From Glycera tridactyla (lineage: Eukaryota), in NCBI GenBank assembly GCA_965644265.1, contig OZ286476.1, positions 27,962,001 through 28,026,000 on the forward strand: DNA of 64,000 bases. Direction: 5' to 3'. How positions within the stretch are numbered: position 1 is the first letter of the stretch; every line of letters starts with the position of its first letter. Positions 27,101 through 37,333 of the stretch are shown here, in pieces. Made by a program: the position numbers and the translations under genes. The notes beneath the pieces were generated by a model that saw only the letters and a list, made by a program, of their open reading frames with translations, searched no databases and was not told the origin of the DNA.

Positions 27101-27935
27101 CCCGCCACTCAATTTTCCACTCACGGCAGTGCGATCTTGGCGGAAAAAATTGTAACCCGGTATAGTTAGTTCCTCATCAGAGATGCTGTTGTTCAGGAAA
27201 CTCTCCACCAATATCAAAAAGTCTAATTTACTAGCCTGTAACAGAATACGAATCTCATCAATTTTCCGGGTGACGCTCTGGATGTTTAGCAATGCAAAGC
27301 TGATTCCGGGTAGGTTTGACAGTGATGCTGTTGTGTATTCTAAGTTATCCAGTGGGATAGGGCTCGGGAACAAATGGGTGGCTCTCCTTCTGTTGTTATT
27401 GCTAGGTGTCATGTCCCGTATGCTTGTCTGGTTTCTTAAGTTAAGTCTTTGAGATAGGTTGTACAGATAAGCCGAAATGGATGAATGCGTGAGTGAGAAG
27501 ATGAAGGCGCTACGGGATATATAGGGTCTGATTCTGACTAATAGACTGCAGGCATGCCGGTGGTATAGCTGAAAAGTCGTGAGAACAATACCAGAATCGC
27601 TCGATGGATGCAAGCGTATGTGCCGGGATCTGGTTCCTGGTTTGATCAACCCCCGTCCAAATGTCATCAGTTGAGCACGTTCTCCGTAATTTCCCTACAT
27701 ACACATTAGAGCAACATCATATAAGGTATCAGAGTAAAAAGGCGCCAAATGAGATAGATGTACAACAACAGCTGATAACCCCCCCCCCCCCATCCTCTTC
27801 GTTTGCTTGAACAGTTACCATTCGCTTCGCTGGGTGATTTTCCCCCCTAACCATCCCCTCCCAGGGTATTCTCAGTTGCCAGTTGCAACGAGATTCACCG
27901 TGTGATCATTTCCCCCCCAACCCTCCTTCCCCCCC
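24160..27935 (-). mobile_element. Near-intact APE-RT LINE (CR1/L2 group) with (TTCAA)n tail, inserted in exon 10
   Basis: aataaa plus (ttcaa)n tail at 24160-24186; TSD tgta at 24156-24159 and 27936-27939. Confidence 0.92.
24489..27412 (-). CDS. LINE ORF2 (AP endonuclease plus RT), one 1-bp frameshift near 25672
   Basis: LLNIQSV, YRPLDG, LGDINID and SDHSLV (APE); FRPISILPTLGK, FLDLKKAFDTVDH, GVPQGSILGP and YADDT (RT). Confidence 0.92.
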
Positions 27936-27939
27936 TGTA

Positions 27940-27996
27940 GTTGGGTTCCTACCCATATCTGGGTCATTGGTTGTCCTTGTCATCATTCCCCTGTAG
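27940..27996 (+). CDS. Copy 1 exon 10, 3' part (VGFLPISGSLVVLVIIPL*)
   Basis: Continues the exon 10 frame once the insert and one TSD copy are removed, completing a hydrophobic M4 followed by TAG. Confidence 0.85.
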   Translation, partial: VGFLPISGSLVVLVIIPL

Positions 27997-28330
27997 CCAT
28001 TAGTCAATCAGTGATAGGCTGAAGCATTCTCAGTGATTTCATTAGGTTTGAATAATACATCACTGAAGTCTTGAGTTATGAAGCTCCAACTGCAAGCTCT
28101 GAAACCCCCACCAACAGAGACATCGCAACATTTTCAATAAACCATTTGCAAATGTTGGCCCTCAGCTGGCAAGCAAACTCGGTTCGTGTGCCGGGGATAT
28201 GAGTTTTGAACTTGGGCGACTGCTTAAGACACCTTCCACCTGCTTTTGAATCATCTCCCACCACCAGTTCTGATGTAGCGAACTCTATCAGAGAACCCAG
28301 AAACAGAACTGCTAGTGGGAAGGATGAGTC

Positions 28331-28665
28331 TGTTTATGTGACGTTTAACGGCATGTATCAACCCACAGGATTATGTATGCCATGTGCTCCTGGTTAATGA
28401 AAGCTAGATGTTCTCTCCCCTGCAGACATCACTCTCATTAACTCTGAACACAAGATGATGGGGAACCTGAAGAGTGGCGAATGGAAGTAGCTGACGGTTC
28501 AGACACACCTCTACCTACTTTACAAAAAAAACAGATTGAACCTGATGATGGCATATCTAACTGGCTGGAAGCTAACACTCAAGCCTGATAGCTATGCTTT
28601 TGTTTTGCAAAGCGCAGTGTATGAAACAAGAAAAAGCATTAGGTTCGGAGAATACTCAAACAATG
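28331..28665 (-). mobile_element. Dispersed repeat (retroelement 3'-end-like), related to 34840-35230
   Basis: Reverse complement similarity over about 330 bp. Confidence 0.7.
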
Positions 28666-29819
28666 GAAAGGATGAGTTAACACATTCAAGCCATTGTATG
28701 ATCTAAGACAATGCACTACTCTATTGGAAGTGTTCCAAGCTGTAGGTGTATTCGGTAATTTCACCCCTCCTCCGAAATACATGTTTGAATTCACACTCTG
28801 CCGCACAGCAGGTTCAAATACTCATAGAAACATGTCCATCATGAATGATAGGCTTCCTGTCACCCCAAAGACGAAGTTACATTATTCTAATGGGAGCCTA
28901 CATGTTCGGGGTAGGTGTGCGCCATTAGAATGATACAAGCCTAAACTTCGTTCCTGTGTATCGGGATACAGTGTTGAACAGATTTTGCAATGTATCATGG
29001 TTGATGAACCAGAGTAGTATACTCAGCAGTGGCTGAATGTCTAATACATCTATTGGTTCATTGATTCAATTATTTGCTCATTTATTTATTCTTTTGATAT
29101 GATATGATATGATATGATATGATATGATAAACGTTATTTACACTCGAGTACATAATATAATATATGCATAGGTAGATTTGCTCAAACGGACATTTCACCT
29201 GCCCTCGAGTACACTATGCAGTGTAACCTATATTACAAGATTGGTGAAATGGTTAGTACATGCAAGTTTGTTGATGCGTTTCTGTTAGGGGATTCTCTAT
29301 TTATAATTTGTACAACTGTCGTCCTTCACTATATGACAATTAATAAAACGAACTTATAATACAACTATATGCTGTCTTGTTGTGCCCATGTTTGCTAATG
29401 AAATGTATTGAAATCGGTATCTATATACAGCCAAGGAAGTTTTGTTTTGAATTCTTCTTTTTATTTGTTGTTCAATTTGCCTGAGTTTGTTCACTTGCCT
29501 ATTCCACAGTCTCTAATATTTGTTCGCCATCCGATATCATCTTTTGACGAACATATTAGTATTATTTCTTGCGAATATATAAAGAGTGTCATATTTCATT
29601 CTAATCGTTATTCAAACTAATATTACCATTTTTCATGTACTCTTTGAATTCGCTTGACGTAATTTTTTCTGTGTGAGCACATGATATGACTTCTCTGAGT
29701 CCAGTGTTATTTTGTACATACCAATCTCACGCAATAAACGTTTCTTCATCTCTATCTTCATCGTATTTCACGAAGCACTCACCAAACGAATTATTGACAC
29801 AGTCTCAAGATTCAGTGCT

Positions 29820-30870
29820 ATTTCGATTGGAACTGCTGCGGAGATGGAAGTCGGCTGTGATTCATGTTTATTATAAGGGTGGTATCATCTCAGACTTCAA
29901 AAATCATCCACCCATCTTACTGCTGCCAACGCTTGGCAAAATCTTTGAACATGTAGTCCACCAACAGTTCGAGGACTGCCTTTTGAGATAAGAAACTTGT
30001 CGAACTGCCAATTTGGATTCAGATCCGATGAAGGCCGTCCAACTGGAGAGATCTGATGAAAGCGTTCGACACTGCTTATCATGGTGTTTTACTGAAAAAC
30101 TATCTGCAATTTGGCTCAGGTATGGCACAGTGGGGTGGTTTGATCAAATCTTCAGGATCGAAAGCAATGCACACATGTAAACAGTATCTGCTCTGACTCT
30201 CTTGACATGCTTCATGGAGTCCCACATGGCTCAGTCCTGTGCCCTTTATTATTTGTGATTTATGTGAATAACATGCCACAGATCCTCGAGGGAGGCAACG
30301 CAGGTGCTATCATACACTGAAGATACGGCATTATTCTCTGAGAGTGCTGATGAGGCAGAAAATATTGAAATCTTGTCATCTGTTCAACTATGAGGCTAAC
30401 CTGAATGCCAGCAATTCTAATACATTTTTTCTGCTCTCATTCACATGTCAGCGTATCCACTCTGGTGGAGGAAAATATAATGGGACTGTTATCAAACGAG
30501 TTTCCCAACACAAATATCTAGGTATTATTCTTGGTGAAGATCTCAATTTCGAAATGCACATATTGAAGCTCATTGCCATATGGGCACTGAGGAAATACGC
30601 CTTGTCAGAAGTCAGAGGGTGGATCACTATGGAAGGGGCGAGACACAGGATGGTATATTCTGGTAAATACTGCCTACATACAATAGAGGTCGTTGAAGCT
30701 GTTTTCTTCTGACCTCGAACAGTTGCCCCATGGTGGAGAAATGAATGACAGTTCTATGGAGTAGATTGTCAAATGAGTGCCATGTGGGGGGTGGTGGCCG
30801 AGTCAAGCTCATTATTTCATCCATGTGCTCATGACTTGCGATAATACCCATGGAGAGTGCTGCCTCCATG
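29820..30870 (+). mobile_element. Heavily decayed CR1/L2-type RT fragment
   Basis: WKSAVIHVYYKGG, LLPTLGKIFE, GVPHGSVLCPLLFVIYVN and KYLGIILGEDL. Confidence 0.8.
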
Positions 30871-31076
30871 CAGTCAGATCAGTTATGATACAAATGCCGT
30901 GAGAAGTCGCAACCGGAAAGGGCTTCGCACGAGCACCGCGGCTCAATAGTGCCTGTCTCGCGCCACCAGATGTCGCTACACAACCCCCATGAAATTGTCG
31001 GGCGAGTCGTGTATAGGACCCTCCGAGAACTGACCACCAGGGATCACCTGTCACGTGATCTACCTAGCAACCCGTC

Positions 31077-31208
31077 NNNNNNNNNNNNNNNNNNNNNNNN
31101 NNNNNNNNNNNNNNNNNNNNNNNNNNNNNNNNNNNNNNNNNNNNNNNNNNNNNNNNNNNNNNNNNNNNNNNNNNNNNNNNNNNNNNNNNNNNNNNNNNNN
31201 NNNNNNNN
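31077..31208. other. Assembly gap (132 N)
   Basis: Run of n characters. Confidence 1.
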
Positions 31209-33492
31209 TACATTGATATGAAAATCACGGACCTTCATCAAAGGCCATTTCAACATGTAATGGAATGCCAATACATGCATAGCTAATGGTGTGAATAAAG
31301 TGCTCCATTGATATGCCATTACCTTCGACAAACGTTTGAATGTCATGAATAACTGATGGATGATTGATTGGCAATTTCTTGTGACCCTGACAACCTCAAC
31401 CATATTCTAGGGTCATGTCAAAATCGACATCTTTTTTGGCTTACCAGCAGCCTCTAGGCTACATTGAGATCACACATGCAATTGTATGGGTAAAATCATT
31501 TCAGACTTCGGCATCTCCTATTTCCCTACCATACGATCTTTGGAAAAAGGAGGAATTTAAGAAATCTACAAACAGCAAATGTGTCATTTCTGGATGTTGA
31601 AATAAGGAGAGTTATATAGCTCAACCACTGATTTGGACTGTTGGTAGATGGTCAATCTGTTAGTTCTCAACTCAATAGGATCACATTCCCTATATTGAGA
31701 AAACCATGCGTTCGGGTGCAAATGGGCAGTCAAAATAATTCATGAAATTCACATACACCTGAGGTGTCATCTCCAACTTGAAAACTATGTTCTTTCCGGG
31801 TAGTCATGAAAAAGATGAAGTATGCAGGCGTTGTGGTCTGAACTTCGGATACACCGAGCTGTTTTTGCCATAACATCTTATTCGTGGAGACTTCATGAAA
31901 TTTAGGTATTAATCATGCTGTGAACTCCGGTAAACTCGTGAATAACATTATGTAAACTGAGCCAGCTTTCCCACATCTCCATCGATTGAACTAATTGAGA
32001 TGGACTATCTCAGTGAAGAATCAAATTGTCTTGAGTACGGGTATGCAATTCTGAATTGAGTATATGTCATGTATCCATGATGTATGTTTGTCTGTTTTCT
32101 TGATCAATTTCTTCACTCTTGTAGCTCTCAACTATGCAAATGTCTGTGTGAAGGTCATTCCACATACTCATATCTCAACGCTAAAATATCTGAGGAGTCG
32201 GGATGTGGTATCCTAGGGTTCTACATAACGACAAAGGACATTTCCGAGAATGAGGGTATTCAAGCGGTTCTTGGTTTCGAACCTTGTAAATTTCTATACC
32301 TCCTATGTTCACTGACGTCAGCTGCTCTCTATTCATACTCACTCTTACTCAATACCCTTTTGTGTGGCTGAGTGGTGTGAGTCATGAACTCGAGGTCGCG
32401 GCCGTGTGTCGCGACCGTGAGGCGTGACTGAGAACTCGTTTGGACACCTATAAGATATATAAGCTGTGGTTGGAGAGGGAAGCTTCAGGATTCATCTGAG
32501 GACTCTGCAAGTGGTTGGACTTGTCAGTCCTTGTCAGTCCTGAAGTCTTCCTGGCCTTCCCCCACAGCCGCTGTATATTGCTGCACTTTGCTGTATTCTG
32601 GGGAAATGAAGCTGAATTGGACTTGGAATTCGTCGTTGGTTGTACTACTACAAAGAGAGAATCGATCCTAGTCCCCTCACACTAGTCATATGTCAGGTAA
32701 CTAGAAAGACATTCGTTCTACAGGGCCGTCTGTATTGCTCAGGCGGTTTCTAACGATAGCTATCACTGACACATACATGCTGTGTACTAATTCAGTCGAC
32801 TGTATACATTTTCATTGGAGTATCTTACTCTCATTCCGCTCTGTTAATAGTGATTGATGGGAGTCAGCTGTGCTTGCACTTGCCGAGTCATTAGCAAAGA
32901 CAGGGAGGAGATAAATGGACTGGGAGAATAGAAGGGAATCAAGGAAAAGTGTGGGATGGGAGAGCAAAGATGGAGAGGGCAGTGGGCAAGGAAAGAGGGG
33001 AAGATGTAATTGGACCAGGGCAAACATTTTCTCTGCTGCTTGCTATGGTATATATAAGAATATCATGGCAGCTGAGTGGTCCTAGATTACATGTTCTAGG
33101 TCAGTTGGGTCAAAGGCTGGAGTCAAACAATTCTAATCAATTACCTACTACCCAATTCTTGTTCATGCAATTTTCATTCTTCATTATAATTCACATAAAT
33201 CGGGTATCCTAACCCAGGAAACTTTTTTTGTCGACCACGTGTCTACGAAGAACACTCAGAGTGAACATCTGGGTATTTATGATGTGTGTGTCATCGAGGA
33301 TCATTGCTATGGGCTGGTCGATCAGGCAGGCAAGCAAAGGAGACTACCTACCCTAATAGAAAATGTGCCAGTCTGAACCTGAAGAGCAGGCCATATTGTG
33401 TAGCTGTGTCTCTTGTTACTCAATGTGACTGCACTATTCTTCTCGAGATTTGTTCTGGCATGTATACTGCACCTAAACAACGGTGTTGGTTG

Positions 33493-34280
33493 TGTGGAAA
33501 AATAACGAGATGAAAAAAGCTTGAGGGGAGTTCCTGAAGCATACATCTTTTTGAGGCCAATAGTTGAAGGTCTGTCTTTCTGTCTCTGTATCTCTGTCTA
33601 TCTATCCATCTGTCCATCTGTCCATCAGACTGTTAGTCTGATGGTCTGTCACTCCATTTGTCTGTCAATTCTGTGAATTTTCTCCAGACACATAACTTGA
33701 GCAAATTGTGTGACTGTATGCATAGATGGGAATCGTGTAAACAGTGAATATACCTGGTCCATCTTGTCCATTAGTCACCCGGTAACCAGGAAGAAAAAGC
33801 AAACACAGGCATGCTTGTGAATCAATTGTCAATTAACTCATGACTTGTTGGCTTCATCTGCATTTTGACCATGTGTTCAATAATCATGTGGAAAAATAAC
33901 GAGATAAAAAAAGCTCGAGGGGAGTTCCTGAAGCATACATCTTTTTGAGGCCAATAGTTGAAGGTCTGTCTTTCCGTCTCTGTATCTCTGTCTATCTATC
34001 CATCTATCTAGCTGTCCATCAGACTGTTAGTCTGATAGTCTGTCACTCCATCAGTCTGTCAATTCTGTGAATTTTCTCCAGATAGATAACTTGGGCAAAC
34101 TGTGTGACTGTATGCATAGATGGGAATCGTGTGAACAGTGAATATACCAGGTCCATCTTGTCCATTAGTCACCCGGTAACCAGGAAGAAAAAGCAAACAC
34201 AGGCATGCTTGTGAATCAATTGTCAATTAAGTCATGACTTGTTGGCTTCATCTGCATTTTGACCATGTGTTCGATAATTA
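33493..34280. repeat. Two-copy 394-bp tandem duplication upstream of copy 2
   Basis: tgtggaaaaataacgag at 33493 and 33887; the homologous region before copy 1 is single-copy. Confidence 0.9.
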
Positions 34281-34739
34281 TAACGACCAATGCATCAAAT
34301 CACCAGTTTCTCAGTCAAAATTGCATGCTGGCACGGGAAAAACACTTCTTTCTCATTTCCAATACTTCATGAAATTCTGAAGTTCATATCTGCAGGACTT
34401 GGATCGTCAGTCGTAGTAGAAAGACACTTTTCCACTTGTGATTTACAGGCTTCTAGCCACAGAAGCAAGTAAATATCTGTCGAAGGCATGCATTTTCCTT
34501 GTCAGTATACGGGCGAGGGTCATGCATGCCATGGTCAGACTCAGTTCTGATTCATCATGTGCGGACTTACCGGAAAGTGAAGTTGAATATTTTGTGACAT
34601 CATTCCAGGGAGTGGTAGTTTGACTTCCAATTTCATCCGACGTCATTCCAGGAGTTGAACGCTGCGCATCCTTCCAGTGGGTGGATGATGTGCATTGAAA
34701 TTCTTGTGACATCACTGACCATTGGCATTCTTATGAACA

Positions 34740-35310
34740 GCCTGCCTTGATGGCTCAGTGGTAGCATGCACAGACAGCGTGCAATGGGTCTGGGGTTCAA
34801 TCCCCGGTCTTACCATGCAGGAATGTTTCACCCTTCATCATTGTAAAGCTGGCTTGAAGTTGACAGTTTGTAATTGAACACATTGGTCGAGTACTCTCCG
34901 AATCTAATGCTTTTCCTAGTGTCAAGTGCTGCGCTTTGCAAAAAAAAAGCATTGCTGTCAGGCTCGAGTGTTAGCTTCCAGCCAGTTACATAGTTAGATA
35001 TGCCATCATTAGATTCACTTTGTTCATGAAGAGTAGGTAGAGGTGTGTCTGAACTGTCAGCTACTTCCACTTGACAACCTTTCAGGTTACCATCATCTTG
35101 TGTCCAGGGTTTGTGAGAGTGATGTCTGCAGGGGAGAGAACATCTAGCTTTCATTGACCAGGAACACACGGCATACATAATCCTGTGGATTGATACATGC
35201 CGTTAAACCTCAAACAAACAAACGAACAAATCATCTCTGCTCCTCCTTGGCAGGTGCTCTGATTTAGCCTACTCAAGTGCAGAAAGTGGACATAAAACCT
35301 CAACATTTTA
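34740..35310 (+). mobile_element. tRNA-derived SINE (copy B), split by a 391-bp insertion
   Basis: A box TGGCTCAGTGG and B box GGTTCAATCCC; 3' half resumes at 35236. Confidence 0.78.
34840..35230 (+). mobile_element. 391-bp retro-insert with an (AAAC)n tail
   Basis: TSD tcatc at 34835-34839 and 35231-35235; second copy at 28331-28665. Confidence 0.75.
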
Positions 35311-35519
35311 TTTCATTTTGGGGGGGGCATTCTTATGATGCAATTCATGGAGTGACATTGAGCAACCAATTTCTTATGACATCTCACAGAATGTGAACTT
35401 TGAATATTGATGTTTTGTGATTTCAGTCCAGGGAGCGAGCACTGAGCATCAAGCTTTTGTTGACGTCATCCCAGGAAGTGAACACAGTATCGAATTTCTT
35501 GTCCTGTAATTCCAGCGAT

Positions 35520-35556
35520 ATGAAGGCTAATGTATGGATACTTCAGCTTCATTCAG
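35520..35556 (+). CDS. Copy 2 exon 1 (MKANVWILQLHS)
   Basis: cag|gtaagc; paralog of 6311-6347. Confidence 0.8.
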
Positions 35557-37286
35557 GTAAGCTATTGGTTAGTTGTGTGTTTGACATCATGTGGATATTT
35601 GCCTATCTATTTCAAGACAACCAAGCATTTGGTACATACAAGATCAGTTGAGACTCATTCTATGTCACACAGAAAAAAGTGTACTGATCACACAGCCGAG
35701 GTGCCCAACTGATTGTAGTGGCAGTTTTATATTTCGAGGTACTCAAAACACATACAAAAAGAGTGAATATTCATGGTATATACTGTATGTACATGGTATT
35801 TTGTGATCATACAACAATGAAGGAGGTTTTGGCTGATTCTCTATTATCTGGTGAGTACAGGTCATATTGAGTCACCCATGTGATAGGCATTGGTGAGATT
35901 TGGGAATCATTTCTGATTGTGAGATTGTTGGTTGATGAATGGTCTGTGATCAAATTTGCGACCTGATGACCACATTCTTCTCCATCAAAGAAGCACAAGA
36001 TGAAGTCTTGAAAACCTACCCTACTCCATGTCTCGTAAAAATGACTTTAGTTGTTTCTCTGTTTGTTCTGGGTTTGACAGCATGAAGCAACTCATTGTAT
36101 TATGTTTGTAATATTCCTTATTTATGAAAATCGGACCCTCTGTCCCCTGCATCTAGTCTGATAGCAATGAATATCATCTGTATTCAGGCATTTTCTTTCG
36201 AAAATGGGGTGTTTCTTTCTCTTTTTTCCTCTGTCTTTCTCCCACACTCTCCACATCTATTCGGTCACTCCTGGCCCTACACTTCTAAGCTCTCTTTTGA
36301 AGCCAGGCATGACAATTTCCGTGTTTGTGCTGAATTTTGAAGGGTTTGTTTCATAGACATTCGCCTACTGCCGGGGGTTTGAAAAGAGTGTTTCAATATA
36401 GCCAGGCTGTTGCTTTTGGAATGGAAAACAATCAACCTCGATCAATCCCATTCATATCTTGTGTGAAATCGTCTCTCGTTAGGGTCAATTATGGTTTGCC
36501 TGCACCAATGGCGTCAACATACCCTGATACCATCTATATTTTGATTTACTCTGTTTCAGTGTCATATATGATGTGCAGAGAATTGAATGATGATGAGAGG
36601 TTGGCCAATGATTTGTTCAGTAATTACAGTCCCACTGGTCGACCAGTTGCTGATGTGAATGATACAGTTCTCATCCGAATTCAGCTTGCAATATCCCAAA
36701 TACTCAATTTGGTAAGCGATGTCCGTATGGTTTTTTGCTTGTTCAGATTCAATACTTGTTTGGATTTGGCATCCTTTCAACCTAACAGGGTCGTATGAGA
36801 CTGGAAATGATGAAGAAACGAGGGGATGCTGCAAATAACAATATCCTATTCTTCACAATTAGGCAGTAGTTCTTTCACGTGCATACATGAACAGACTCCT
36901 ACAAACACACCAAACTTTCGATTCCTCGACTGTGTGCATAAAGTCGTATGCATATATCTCATTCGTGTTTAAGTATTCCTAATTCATGCAGATAATTGAA
37001 TATGCCTGTTGAACCAATACTTGGTCAATCTTCTGTTGTAATGTATTTTCTTATGTGTATTACTTTTCCACATTCGAGTGAACAACAAGATTAGACTTAT
37101 TTCAAATGGTGTGATTGACTGATTGGGTAATGTTCAATGTCTCCTCAACCTAGGCAGGATTGTATGGTACTGGAAGGATGGGTCAGTCATCAAACATGTT
37201 ATTAAACGATACACTGATTGTAAATCAACTGGATCGCTGCTGATTGAAAGTTATCTTTTGGTTATTGGTCCTTCCATTGGTTTTAT

Positions 37287-37333
<47 letters not shown>

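Larger units (their letters stand above)
6311..27996 (+). pseudogene. nAChR-like Cys-loop ligand-gated ion channel subunit, copy 1 (10 exons, 443 aa if the LINE is removed; last exon interrupted)
   Basis: All exons have GT-AG boundaries with compatible phases (37+152+45+113+145+209+100+97+236+141+57=1332 nt). C-x13-C loop CDINVKYFPFDEQEC, WNDPRLAW, SGEKISL and M1-M4 are present. Pseudogene status is inferred from the insertion only. Confidence 0.85.

Noticed and set aside
24157-27940. Clean new intron using GT at 24157 and AG at 27939-27940
   Set aside because: Splicing there removes 4 nt of original coding sequence (gtag) and shifts the frame, so M4 is not restored
29095-29680. Minus-strand LINE 3' end with an (ATATC)n tail
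   Set aside because: The tail-like repeat is clear but no convincing protein motif could be read, so it was left unannotated
32376-32773. Solo LTR (TG start, TATA-like tataagatatataa)
   Set aside because: No matching TSD, no second copy and no PBS found; cannot be supported from this window
28000-33490. A third receptor paralog between the two copies or before copy 1
   Set aside because: No exon-like matches found; the region is repeat remnants plus a 132-N gap whose true content is unknown
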